Of a stretch of 64,000 nt of DNA, positions 1 through 12,928 are shown piece after piece; position 1 is the stretch's first letter, and the number at the start of each line of letters is the position of its first letter. Location: assembly GCA_964016885.1 (NCBI GenBank), contig OZ024745.1, forward strand, positions 15,252,001 through 15,316,000, in the 5' to 3' direction. The position numbers and the translations under genes were made by a program. The DNA is from Eledone cirrhosa (lineage: Eukaryota). The notes under the pieces were generated by a model. It did no database searches and was not told where the DNA came from. It saw only the letters and a program-made list of their open reading frames with translations.

Positions 1-1770
1 TAACCATGGTCGACCCTATCGAACGCCTTAGATTGATCCAAGTTGATCAGAGCTCAACCAAAGCCGGGTTCGTTCCCAACCCTCTCTATGATGTATCGCA
101 TGAGGTGGAGGTTGTCATGGATGGACCTGGACGGGATAGCGCATGTCTGCGCATCTCCCACCAGGTTGCCCACGACAAGCGCCAACCTCTTTGCTAGCAC
201 CTTGGCCAAAATCTGTAACTCTGTATTTAGCAGAGTTATGGGCCTGAAGTTACTTATTTTGTCCCCCTTGTTCTCGTCCTTCCTCACTAGCGTGACTACG
301 CCCTTGGTCACAGTACAGGGAATTCTCTCGTTCTGTTGCCAGTTGCAGTAGACCGCCTCGAGGAGATCGGGGAACAAGTCCGGCATAGCTAGATATAATT
401 CGTAAGGAAGACCATCGAGACCCGGGGATTTGCGTTTGCCACATTGGCTCAGCACGTCCTCTATCTCAGCGGCCGAAATCGGCTCCTCGCAGGACTTTGC
501 CTCCCTGTCCGAGAGACGCGGCAGGCCGTCGAGGTATGGACCGAAGTCCACATTCCCAACCGGCTCCCTGCCCCTCCCGAACAGTCGGGCAAAGTGCCTT
601 TGAAAGGCCTCACACATCTGCTTAGGCTCAAGAATCGCCCGTCCATCCAGGTCTCGCAAAGACCGGATGGTGGATTTAGTTCCACTGTTCGCCTCTGTCA
701 CGCGGGCCCAGCTAACAGCTTTGGTCCCCTCGTTCCCTAGAGCACGTATTTTACTTCGGACAACGCAGCCTTCGTGCTTCGCGTCGAAAAACTGTCTCAA
801 AGCCGTTCTTGACGCTAGCACTCTGGCCACGTCGCCGCTTCTAATTGCCTCTTCTACTCTATCTATTAGCTCCCTTTCCTTCCTATTCCTATCCGCAGCT
901 AGAACCTTACTAAATTCTATCGAGACTACTCTAATCTCTCTCTTTAGAGATACCCACCACCTGCTGTTGACGATCACTCCAGTCAACCGTTCCTTAACTA
1001 ACATACTAATCCGATCCCTGTAAGCTCTACTTGCCGGCAAGGACAAGTTGAGCTTCCAGTAACCGGGGCCCTGTCTATGTGTTCTATCAAGGTTGACCAT
1101 GCAGGTCACCAACTTGTGGTCTGAATAGCCAACCATGAGCATTTCTGGACAACTTAAAAAGTCCCTGTCCTTATTTCTAACTAAAAATCTATCTAGGTAC
1201 GACATAGATGATACGCTGCGATTTGACCAAGACCAGGTTGGCACCGTCGGAAGATCTAGTCGAAATCTATCGGCCAGGTCAAATCGGCCGAGTAACCCCT
1301 TGAGGCTGTTGCACCCCTCTCTATCGGGACATGCCCCTGAATAGTCCCAACGTGCATCCAGGATACCATTCCAATCCCCCACTAAAAGACTCCAGACGCT
1401 GGAAAAAGTCGGGCCACTCTGTCCCAAAGGGGGCATATGCGGCTACCAGCCTAAAGGCTCTACCTTCACCACTGCCAAGGTCCAGCACCACCAGTCGATC
1501 CCCTGGGTCCAAGTGAACTATCTGTGTTGCAAGGCCCATATGTTTTTGCAGCAGAACGACAACCCCACTCCCACCTCCGGGCTGACAGAGAGATGCGTGC
1601 ATCTCAAAGTCGTCAAAGGTGGGGGCTAGCTGCCGCATGTTGCTGATCCGGGCCTCGCAGATAACCATCACATTTATAGATTGTGACCTGAGGTCATTTA
1701 GAAGCATTGCTTGCTTCCAAGACGAGCCCAGGCCACGCGCATTTAGACACCCGATTCTTAGCACAGCCAT
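1..1770 (-). pseudogene. ORF2 (APE endonuclease-reverse transcriptase) of Tx1-like copy 1, frameshifted
   Basis: ATG at 1770 (MAVLRIGCLNARGL). Continues through ORFs 1321..1794 and 54..1436, with a deletion/frameshift near 1385 relative to copy 2. Confidence 0.9.
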
Positions 1771-3132
1771 GTTGGTGGTAAGGAGAAAAGGCACTTACCT
1801 CTCTGCGTCCCGGGAAACGGGCCGCTCAATTTCCATGCTGGTTGGGGATGGGTTGTTGGGTGAGGTGGTGGTTTGTGGAAGTGAAGGGGCATCAGTGTGT
1901 TGTGGGGTTGGGGTGTTTGTGGTTGAGTGGGTGTCTGGGTGGGGGGGGGTGAACTTTTTAGGAGGACGCGGTTGATTGGTTTGGCGCAGGGGGGGGGGGC
2001 ACGTCCTCCGTGAAATTTATTTTCAGTGTTTTGTACAAGTTCATTGGGACTTTGATCATTTTTAAATGAGGTAGTCCCACAGCAGTTAGAAAGTTAGGCC
2101 CTTCAGTTTGGACCGAAGGGTTTGCTGAAATTGTTTTCAGTAATTCTTTGTTGTCTGTGTTCATGTATGTATATTGTAAGGTCTTTTTGTGTGTAGCAGT
2201 TAGTGTTGTGTGACAGGGAGGGGTGGTTTGTGTGTAGTTTGTGTTCTCTTGGGGGGGGGGGGTTAAAGTTAACATGTGTGTCTGTGGTGCGTCTCCTCTT
2301 CTTTCTTTTTACTTGTTGGAAGGGATCTTTTTCGTCTTGCGACGAAAGGGATTCGTCTTCCTTGTGGTGTGGGAGGGGTATGTTTTCTGGTAGTGTTTGC
2401 GGTGTGTGTGTTTTTGTATTTGTTTTGGGTGGGGAGGGATTGGGTGGGACAGTATTCTGTGTTATTTTTTCACTTGTTTGTTGTTGTTGTTGTTGTTGTG
2501 GTGGTGGTGGTGGTGGTGGTGGTGGTGGCGTTGTTGGTTTTTGTTGTTGTTGTTGTTGTGGTTGTTTTTGTTGTTGTTGTTGGGATGGTGTTGGTGTTGG
2601 TAGCAACGTTTGTTTCTGTGTGAGCTGGGGACAGGCAGCCTTCAGGTGACCTCTATTGCCACAGAGGTAACAGGAGGGACGCCTACCCTCCACAATAATG
2701 TTGAGGTGGGTACGGTCATCCAGCATGACGCGCTCAGGGATTTGGGCGATGCGTTCTGGCCTTATTTGGGTCAGAACTTCGATGCTCGTTCCACTGAACG
2801 CGTCGCCGGATGCCTTCCCTATTGAAATGAGGTTGTCCTCGTCTAAATTGAGGAAACCGGTTAGTAACTACCAGTAGTTTATGTTTGGGGTGATGGTGGT
2901 TATCCATATCCTCTGGGTTTTTTACCCATGTAGGTGGGGAAGAAGGTGTAGTGTGTGGAACGAATTGGCGACACAGAGTATTTTTTCGCCGCCAACTGGT
3001 CTTTCATCAATATGGATGAACTCCCATAGAGTTTATCCTTTTGTATGAAAGTGATGTCTCTCATCGCTTCTTTCAGTACTAACTGAATTTCAGCTTGAGA
3101 TGGTTGTGCTGGTTTTTTTGTTTTATTTAAAA

Positions 3133-4152
3133 CTAGCAGTAAAGCCCGGCGTTGCTCGGGGTCGCTCAGTAGCTGTGTTAAAGTTACAATGTTAAGTTTC
3201 TTTTTTGGCTTAAAAACTGTAGTGTCTACTGTGCAGACTTGCATGTGGTGTTTTTGATTAATATTCCCTCAACCAACAATATGCCTTATGAAGTTAAGAA
3301 AACATAACGATAACCCGAATGTTATAACAAAAGAGGATGCTGGGGATAAAAACTGCACTGGTTATTTATTAACAAAGATCGAAAATGTAAACACTGCAAC
3401 GCAGAGAAAAACATTAGCGTAACCAAATTATCAGTTATGTCTGTCTGCACGCCTATATCACCTCTCTGCACGACTGTCTGTCTGCACGCCTATATCACCT
3501 CTCTGCACGACTGTCTGTCTGCACGCCTATATCACCTCTCTGCACGACTGTCTGTCTGCACGCCTATATCACCTCTCTGCACGACTGTCTGTCTGCACGC
3601 CTATATCACCTCTCTGCACGACTATCTGTCTGCACGCGTATATCACCTCTCTGCACGACTGCCTGTCTGCACGACTGTCTGTCTGCACGACTGTCTGTCT
3701 GCACGACTGTCTGTCTGCACGCCTAACGACGAAATATTTGCTTGTTTTACGTAGTCTTTAAATAGACTTGTTTTCAAGTAAAAATATTGTTTTAAAATGC
3801 TTTTAAATGGAAATGAAGCAAAACGGAAGCTTAGTGTTCGAACTGATGAATTTTGCAGGTCAATATTTTGCTGGCTCGACAACTGTTAAAACCAGCGTAA
3901 TTTTTTACGTAAGACGCTCAATGTAAACAGAACAAAGGGAAATAACTGATAACTTACGCTCAAAAATCGATACATTATATTCGATTTCGTCACATAGGGT
4001 GGGTCAATTTGAAATTTTTTTTTTCCGATGTCTTCGCTAGGGCTCAATGTACAAGTATAGCAATTTCGGTGCAATTCCGTGAGAGATTCTAAGAGGAGAT
4101 GTGTGCCAAAAATCGATAGACAGACAGACAACCACAGTTTTATATATATAGA
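3133..4152 (-). mobile_element. Non-autonomous Helitron (~1.0 kb)
   Basis: On the minus strand it starts TC(TATATATATAAAA) with a (GTCT)n tract and ends with hairpin CCCGAGCAACGCCGGG, 8 nt, then CTAG. Inserted between A and T with no TSD; removing it restores the host ORF1 frame. Confidence 0.88.
3438..3725. repeat. 37-bp minisatellite inside the Helitron
   Basis: Unit TGTCTGTCTGCACGCCTATATCACCTCTCTGCACGAC repeated about 6 times, followed by shorter 16-bp subunits. Confidence 0.9.
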
Positions 4153-4878
4153 TTGTACGGAATACGACAGTTCGTAATTCCGTCTGTTTTTTTAGTTCTG
4201 GAGGTGAATTTATAGAAAACGAACCGTTTTCGCCAAAAGATACATATTTCTTGGCTTTTTCCAGCATTTCTTTTGCTTCAAGCACATACGTGACTGATAA
4301 TTTAGCCGTTTGTGCAAAAGATATTTTGTTTTCGTTGTTGGTGTTTGTATTGTTTTGTTTCTCGTCGTTTGAGTTGTTTTCATCGTTGTTGTTGTTGTTG
4401 TCTTTCTCGTATGGTGTGTGGATACTTTGTGTTGTTTTTGTTTTTGTTGTCTTTATTGTTGCTGTTGTTGTCGTTGTTGTTGTTTTCAGTTTCTTGTATA
4501 GTTGTGGCTACATCTAGTGGTCGGTCAACAGGTGAAGACAATTCTTCCTCTCTCTGACCTCTGCCTTTGGCATCTGCTGCTGTGACAGTGGAAGGGGGAA
4601 GCTGTGAGTATGACTTCCCCTTTCCTTCTTTGATTGATGGTGAAGATGCTTCAGCCATTTTTCTCAAAATAGGGTTTTTCGAAGTTTTTCGAAAGATAAA
4701 ATGTTTACAATACTATTTCGCCCAAAGGCGCAGAATATTTTGAGAGACCGACCAGATCAAAATTTGACCTGGCAGTCCCTCTACAAAATGGTACAAAAAT
4801 GAAAGTTTACAGTTCACAATTTCCGGATAAATTTAAACGAAACTTACCGAGCGAGCTCAGCACATGTGTCCATCGTTA

Positions 4879-4883
4879 GATAT

Positions 4884-4938
<55 letters not shown>
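4879..4938. repeat. (GATA)n microsatellite at the 5' end of Tx1 copy 1
   Basis: Seen directly. Confidence 0.95.
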
Positions 4939-4939
<1 letters not shown>

Positions 4940-4959
4940 GATTAATCAAAATAAAACTA

Positions 4960-6040
4960 AATTAAATTGAACGTACTCTCACACAACTCTAAACTTTGAG
5001 CCTTGCTGTCTCATAGATTTACTGTTGTCAACACTTTCGGATTTAAAATCCTCCTTCTCTGCTTATTTTATTGAGCAAATCGGAAGTAGTCACCGTTCGG
5101 AGGGGTATGTGTTCCACGCGTCCACTGTTATTTCTACTTTAGTGGTTGTTTCTACTTTCTAATGAATTGTGCCTCTACAATCAGGAGGTTTATGTGTAAA
5201 TTAATTTTCGAGGAATTACACACACTAACAAATTTTCGAATTAACCCTTTTTCGTTATCATCCACTTTCAGTATTAAATCAGAATATAGTTTAATTCTTG
5301 TAGCTTAATATGAACAACTGCAATTTTCTTCATTTGGTGTATCCAAATTTATAAGGTGACAGAGTTAGTGACGTTGTTATTATTAGAGTTCAGTAAGCAG
5401 AAGAAATGGTGAGGAAACATAATTATATAGATCACATAACGACAGATAATTCTGGAGTTTAGACTTCAGTTTCTTAACATTGCTTTATTCACTTAACTTG
5501 GAAAATCATTCCATCTTCACATTAAACCGAAAAAAGCATTCTCTTGGTATTTACGTAAAAATGTCTTCTTACCTCAAGCTAGAACATTTGTGAAATAAGA
5601 CTTCAGAAATGACGTTTGATGATTACAATCATATTTCAAAGAATGGTAACACCAGTAGAAATGTATTTATGTAGTTCCCTTCATCTGTTACCGTCGATTA
5701 TATTTTCAAAAGTCCCTGTTAATCTTCATAGAGAACCAACATAAATTTGATAAAACATCCGGGAGCTGTGTCTGGTTACCATATTAACCAGCGTCAAATT
5801 TAATATAAAAAATAAGATAAAGAATTGCAGTATTTTTTTGGCGTATTTCAATTCAGAACCAAAATAAATGAAAATGTAACAAGATTATACGCTGAATATG
5901 ATCACTATTGCTTTGCTGTAGTTCCGTAGGATCTAATTTGAAACTGTTGGATTTAGATAAGCAAAGTCTCTCATTCCTACTAACTAACTACTAAATTCCT
6001 CCATTTCCATGAGATGATGTGATCAAATATCTCCATCTCA
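4960..6040 (-). mobile_element. Highly decayed Penelope-like remnant
   Basis: Scattered minus-strand peptides resemble PLE motifs: FKLDPT near 5940 and LLIVEAQFIRK (GIY-YIG end) near 5170. No continuous ORF. Confidence 0.35.
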
Positions 6041-6059
6041 CACAAACAAGCATTATCTG

Positions 6060-6880
6060 CCTCAGTTCTTCACCAGACAATTCTGTATCTTTGTGGTAAC
6101 ATAATAAAACCATTCCATCTCATACGAGCCAATATTAACTGACTCAGTTCTTCACCAGACAATTCTGTATCTTTGTGGTGACATGATAAAACCGTTCCAC
6201 CTTATACTGCATCAGTTCTTCACCAGTCAATTCCGTATCTTCCTCAATAATTCTTTTTAATATCCTGAGAGATTTTCCGCGTTTGAGTTTCACATTAGTG
6301 GGTTCCCATAGTAAATGTTTTCTAACAGGTTCGTTGCCTCTCATGAACTGCAAGTTGAAGACACCTGATATGGATGATATGACTAATGGACGCTAGGTTG
6401 CCATAGCGAATTTTGTTTGAAACACTGTTGAGGATATTGATGTTTTTTTTTAAATCCTTTTTAGCATTCGGGTGTAGCAATCATCTAAGCTTTGATGATA
6501 GATATTATCACCGACCATGATTAACAAAAATACAATAAGATTAATTCCACTGTAGCTTTGAATAATCTAACTTTTATATCTATTTCTAGGTTTTTGTCCA
6601 TTGTTTTTACAGATGCATTCTTGTCAGCAATATCTATCGTGTTTATGTATGAAAACAGTGTCTCGTTATATCGGTTTTGTAAATAAACTATATTTTGTTG
6701 ATAGCTTATATCGTTGCTATGGCAATGCGGCCAGAGTGTCGGTCGCTATATTTGATTTGCAAAGCTGTCTAAACGTATTGTTATAACTCTGGGGTAATAT
6801 TCTCCATCGAGTGCTAAGCTGCATTCCGAATCTTCATTCGTTAGCTTGGCCGCAGCCAAAAGCTTCGTTGATGCTGTACT
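6060..6880 (-). mobile_element. Decayed RTE-clade LINE 3' fragment with short tandem duplications at its end
   Basis: Minus-strand peptides IKVRLF, LDDCYTRML and RGNEPVRKHLLWEP. Repeated TCAGTTCTTCACCAG units at about 6062, 6144 and 6211. Confidence 0.6.
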
Positions 6881-7360
6881 AAAATTTGTACATATATATA
6901 TTGCAAGCTTGATAGACTAGTTTTAGTAAGCGATAGCACTAGCAGGGTGTAGTTAAGAATATATTCACTTATTGAGCCGTGTACAATAATGTTTTAACAT
7001 GATATACATACAAACAGTGTTACTTGGATAAGTCCTATATATATATATATTTCAGGATACTGAGGTACCGAAGGCAATATCTTCCTATGTCGGTTTTAGC
7101 CGCATACTGAGGTTTGTTTCTCCAGGCTAAAATGTATATGTGTGTGTGTGTAATTGTATGTTTTAGCAGCTTTCCCTTCCATGGTATTGTACAAGTAAGA
7201 CAGATAGAGAGAGAATACGAGATAGAAAAAAATAGAGGGAGAGAACGATTGAGTTAGAGAGATAAAAATGGAAACAGTGAAGATAAATGTAGATAATCTT
7301 TATTAGACCTCTTATTCTGTTTAAAGAAAAGGTTATCGTACTCATTTACATTTAAATTCG

Positions 7361-7506
<146 letters not shown>

Positions 7507-8459
7507 ATATATGTGTGCATATATGTGTGCGCGTATGCGTTTGTGGTTATGTCAATGTTTGAGTTTGTAAAAATACAATGTTTTCAACAAAGTTTACGAG
7601 ACCAGGATTTCTAAATTTCTTAATAATTCAATACTGAACAATTCTGTTTTAGAATTCGCTGAAACCAAACTCCTGTGGAGCCATGGCTTGTCTGTCTCAG
7701 CACAAATCATTTCTCTCGTGAGAGAAGAATAAAGGTCTGCAGGACAATGGTAGATCACGACAAGACAAAATAACGAGAAGGAAAGATGGGAGGAGAGAAA
7801 TGAGAGAATGTAATAAGTTAAGGGAATTTAAAGACACACACAGACACTATGCACACACACACACACACACACAAACACATACACACACTCACGCAGGCAC
7901 AAACACAAAAGCATACACTCATACAACAACACCATATTTGCATGAAAGTAAATTATGTTCTAAATATATAACTTATCTTCTCGTTTCATTGGCGTGTAAG
8001 TGGTTATTTCACAGACACGAGTACGTTTGGCGTGATCCTCAGTTTCCATCAGCATGACACAGTGCGTGACAGTGCTAACTTTTATATTTCGGGTACAGCC
8101 AGTCGAACTTACACACAATTTCCGTCTACTTCATTATGCTGACAATATCTGCGTCGGTCCGTAGGAAAGACACATGATCAACATGACGTGGATCAAAATA
8201 ATCAGTAGATATATATTTCCTGTCCCTGTCTTTCGAAATTACTACCAGTGAATATGTGGGGGTTGGGGACGTGTATGAGGGGCAAAAGTATCATATATAT
8301 ATATAATATATAACGAAGGAAATGTGGTAAGGAACCAGGTGGACCATAACGCACCAAAGTACTCAATACTTAGGGTAGTAGAGTGGGTAATAGGAACGAG
8401 TAGGACCCCGACGGCTGAGCTCAAGCCGTTTCGACGGCTAATAAACGGCTAATAAGTAA

Positions 8460-8511
<52 letters not shown>

Positions 8512-8542
8512 AGAGAGGGGTGAGACATATATACCAGATATA

Positions 8543-10681
8543 TTGTATTGTATGGAGTTCTGCGACGTCGACACAGACGAACTGGGCCTCCTACTTAGAC
8601 TTACCTACGACACTGACTACCTAGACAGCCATGACCTTAGACGTTTCTGCCCTAGTAGACCTATAAGAGGTAGACCCCCCACCATAACCTCAATGGCAAA
8701 AAAGACTCCCATGGGAAGGTGGATTGGGTGGACCAAAGCTATACGGACCCCCCAAAACAATGATCAGGTAAGAAAAATGGTCGCACATGCAATAGGGGCT
8801 AGTATCAAAACTACCCTAAAGGGCCACATATTTAAGTTCAACGAGAAGATCTACACCCAAAATGAGGGAGCAGCCATCGGCGTCAGCATAGCTGGTGATG
8901 TTGCCAACTTTTTCATGGTATGGTAGGGAAAGGAGACTTAAAGATCTCCTTAATGAGAGCTCCATAGACCTCATCGTGTACTCTCGTTATGTAGACGATA
9001 TCAATATAGTTATAAGAACACCCCCACTAGAGAGCACTAACAAGTTTGATTTAGAACGTAGCACGATGGAAAGCATCCAGCAGATAGCTAATTCCATACA
9101 CCAGAGTATAACTGTAACTATCGACTTCCCTTCCAAACACCCTAACAATAGACTACCTGTATTAGACACAGAACTCTGGATTAACACTATAGACGAGAGA
9201 GCCCAAATTCTCCACTCACACTGTGCTAAACCCATGGCCTCCAAATACCTGATACTCAAAAACTCAACAATGTCCAGTAGTGCTAAGTTTAATATTCTGA
9301 TCGCAGATTTGGTACGAGTGATGAAGAATGTGTCCCGCATGTGCGACCCAACAGAAATGGAAAGACACATCCAACACTTCATCAACCCCATGCAGTTCTC
9401 TGGCTACAACCAAAGAGACAGAATCAGAGTATACGAAGGAGCCATGGGGAAGTATAAGACCCTCATAGAACTGGACATGAAAGGAATTTGCCCATTATAC
9501 AGGAGCAAATCATGGAATAGCTTAGATAGGGCTAGACATAAGATAGGGAAAGCCACCTCATGGTACGACAACCAGAGATACCAGAGTATCATATTTGTGG
9601 ACGCTACCCCTGGAGGGAAATTAGCTAACCAGTGTAGAAAGGCCCTGAGAAAGACCCACTTAAAAATAAAGGTGGTAGAAAAGCCATGAACCACCATAAA
9701 ATCCCTGATCAGCAAAATCTACCCTTTTAAGAAAACCCACTGTACCAATAGGAAATGTATCATATGTAAGGTGAACTCCCGGATAAACTGTAAAACTAGA
9801 AACGTAGTCTATAGCATAAGATGTACAGAGGGTACTTGCAGAAACATGACAACAACATACATAGGTGAGACAGCTCGTAGCATAGGTGAAAGGATAGACC
9901 AACACTGGGGGGAACTAAAAGGACGAAAAAACGGGTCAGTACTATACGAACATGCTAGACAACAACATGACGGTAACATAGACAACATAGAAATTAGAAT
10001 AATATCTAAACATAGAAATGACCCAGCAGATAGGCAAATCAGAGAGGCCAGTGAAATAGAAATTAGAAGGCCAAGGCTAAACAGAAAGAATGAATGGAAT
10101 AACAACAACACCCAAACAAACAACACTGACCTAACAGAAGTATAAATAAGTAAATAAAATAAAATAAATAAATAAATAAATAAATAAATACATACACAAG
10201 CACAATAACAACAAGCACATAAACACACACTAGTCACCCATCACACAGCAAACAAAACACTATACACACACGCAAACGCATGCGCAAAGAAGACAAAATA
10301 AAATAAACAAACAAGCAAATAAATAAATAAATATATAGACAGACTGAATAAAAATGGCGTAGACATACAATACAACAGGAGGAAAATATAGCACCACTGA
10401 CGATGTTGCAGATGTGCAACGAAAGATTTATGATAAACTATATATATGTGTTTGTGTCTATATTGTATCTGTATTATTTTTGACCGCCGGTCAGTCAATG
10501 GCAACATTGAGGACCGAGTATATTAGATTACCGATATAAAAGACACAGAAGCGAGAAGCGAAAACGAACCAAACAGTGAGTGTGTTGTTATTAATTCTGG
10601 CAATATTACACAAATATGACCCTCCCCAAGTCTAACAATATTTGTTTCGACACACGATTTCATATAAAAAACCTCGCAAAA

Positions 10682-10690
<9 letters not shown>
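8543..10690 (+). mobile_element. Penelope-like element A (RT plus C-terminal GIY-YIG), 5' truncated, frameshifted
   Basis: YTQNEGAAIGVSIAGDVANFFM, YSRYVDD, RLPVLD, NVVYSIRC..YIGETARSIGERIDQH, EASEI..PRLN. Flanked by (TA)n; HHR-like motif in the 3' region. Confidence 0.88.
10392..10450 (+). ncRNA. Hammerhead ribozyme-like motif in the PLE A 3' repeat (stem I degenerate)
   Basis: CTGACGA at 10397, stem II GTTGCA/TGCAAC, then GAAA. Confidence 0.55.
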
Positions 10691-10712
<22 letters not shown>

Positions 10713-10716
<4 letters not shown>

Positions 10717-11105
10717 AGTGTAATTTTCTACACAAAACGAAGGTTATAGAGAAAATTGAGGTTGGTAATGGCACATGGAATATATAAGAGACAGAATACT
10801 TTTTTGTGAAAAAACCGGCACACAGCAGTCAACATGTTGCTACCAAGATGAAAACTACTATGAAATCCCACAATGAATTTTATACTTGAATTTTCAAATC
10901 TCAAATTTTAACTCTTCGTATTATTAATTTTTCTTAATATTAATCAACATTTGAAAAGATGGCTTTTGCAGACCCATCGAAACCGGTCATTTTTTATACC
11001 CTTTATTATTTCCTTACCTTATAAAATTATATGTTTTTTCACAAAAACGTATTCTGTCTCTTATATATTCCATGTGCCATTACCAACCTCAATTTTCTCT
11101 CTCTC
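10713..11105 (+). mobile_element. Short non-coding HHR-bearing element with ~70-bp inverted arms (PLE pLTR-like)
   Basis: About 10748-10815 is the reverse complement of about 11032-11102. HHR TTGAAAA-GATGG..CCATC-GAAA-CCGG-TC at 10951-10988. (TA)n on both sides. Confidence 0.65.
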
Positions 11106-11123
11106 TATATATATATATATATA

Positions 11124-11665
11124 CAGGGTGTCCCAAAATATTTAACATCATTTCGCAGGCCAATAATTTTGGCAATTCTTGTTGAAATAACCTCACATTT
11201 TCACAGAATGTATAGAAACAGATCAATATTTTATATTTAATGTTTTATATTTTTCTCTTTTCAGGTTGATAAATGCCCTCCACTTCCAAAGAAAGTCATT
11301 TTGCGTCTTGGAATATGCTCGAACACAGTCACCCAAGACTGTGCAGCGTGCCTTCAATGCAAAATTTGGAAAAAAGTCACCAACTGGCAAACAGTATCCA
11401 CAGGATACGCCAAACCGTCATTCGAGGAATCTGGGTTTCCAAACTTGTTCTCCTTACGGACTTCTTGGGGCTTCGCAAGAGTTTTTCACGAATTTGCTCG
11501 ACCTTCTCTTCTGATGTTGATGATGGTCTTCCAGATCCTTTAGCCCTGCATAAGCAGCCTTCCTCTTTAAATGTTTGGTACCAGGTCCAAATTTGTTTGC
11601 CAGTTGTTGACTTTTTTCCAAATTTTGCATTGAAGGCATATTCCAAGACGCAAAATGACACTCTG
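11124..11665 (+). mobile_element. Rearranged Tc1/mariner derivative (transposase N-terminal HTH fragments in both orientations)
   Basis: Ends are TA|CAGGGTGTC and GACACTCTG|TA. Peptides FCVLEYARTQSPKTVQRAFNAKF (+) and KGSGRPSST..RSPKKSVRRTSLET (-). Confidence 0.75.
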
Positions 11666-11675
11666 TATATAGACA

Positions 11676-11729
<54 letters not shown>

Positions 11730-11763
11730 AGATTTGAATGGATACAGTTTAGTTGAAAGGAAT

Positions 11764-11880
11764 TTATTGACACGTGTTTCTATAACAGTTACATAACCTA
11801 AAACAGCTATCTACAAACTTTTAGTTATGCAGACATTCAATATTTCAATGTTATTGTTTACTGTCATTTCATCAGAATAA
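11764..11880 (-). ncRNA. Type I hammerhead ribozyme with long stem II (3' pLTR of PLE B)
   Basis: Minus strand reads TTATT-CTGATGA-(ATGACAGT...ACTGTTAT)-GAAAC-ACGT-GTC-AATAA. Confidence 0.75.
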
Positions 11881-12520
11881 TATTACTGAGGACCTATTTA
11901 GTTTTTATAGAGAATATTAGGAGGAAGGGGTGAAGTTGTTAGAAGAATAGTTGAAGGAGTGGTTTTTCGATAGCAGTGAGAATTCTTGGTGGCAGTGATT
12001 AATTAGATTCCCATCTGTTGTTTTGACATTTTTTATAGAATATATTATTGGTTATTTTTCTAAATCTATAGAAGGATTAGAGATAGTAAAGATATGCGTG
12101 GTTGGTTTTGTGTTTGCACTTAACATTCAGACTTAAATTTTTCTTTCAAGTGTACGTATTCTTTCACCCACGCATTCACACACAAATATATTTGCACACC
12201 TCTACAAAATACATATACTCACAATTCACATATTCATACTTACATATATATACACATGCATACACATATATATACACACTTGTATTCATGTACATACATA
12301 CGCGCTCATGTGTATACATTTTCATACTCAACTTATCTTTATATATACACACGTATAGACACACACATATATACATACATACTCTAGTCCATGTGTACAC
12401 ACATACACATACATACACATCCATATACACATACATACATACACATATATACATACATATATACATATACATATATATACATATATATATATATATACAC
12501 ATACATATATACACACATAT

Positions 12521-12555
<35 letters not shown>

Positions 12556-12928
12556 AGCACTTTAATACATGAATACACTTACATCTAACTATACACATCA
12601 AACATATATATATATTTACTTATTTATATACATTTTCACATATATATACATACTTATGGACGTTTTTAGACACATTCATTATCGCATATTTGTACCTATT
12701 CTCATCAGCATATCTTTTCATTATTAGTATGGTAATTTAAGGTTATTAATATATGTTGAAAAGAGATTGTTTTTATATTTTTCTAACTAGATTAAGGTTT
12801 ATATAGTTGGGGGATGTCCCTCTTTTATGTAATATTCGGCTTGTAGTGGGAAAAAAGGGTTTTAGTTCTGTGACGGCAGAATAATGTTCGTTCAATTCTG
12901 TTATTCAGCAGTTTCTTCTTGTGTGTGA

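Larger units (their letters stand above)
1795..4658 (-). pseudogene. ORF1 (gag-like, CCHC zinc knuckle) of Tx1-like copy 1, frameshifted and split by a Helitron
   Basis: Starts MAEASSPS at 4658. Segments EAKEMLEKAKKYVSFGENGSFSINSPPE and LNKTKKPAQPSQAEI align with ORF1 of copy 2. Contains a CX2CX4HX4C knuckle and a Q/P/T-rich tail. Confidence 0.82.
1..4877 (-). mobile_element. L1/Tx1-clade non-LTR retrotransposon, copy 1 (5' end present, runs off the window start, interrupted by a Helitron)
   Basis: ORF1 pieces with a CCHC knuckle (CYLCGNRGHLKAAC). ORF2 has APE motifs (GCLNARGL, GDWN, YLDR, SDHK) and the start of RT (KSPGLDGLPYE, NFRPITLLNTE). 5' end abuts (GATA)n. Confidence 0.93.
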
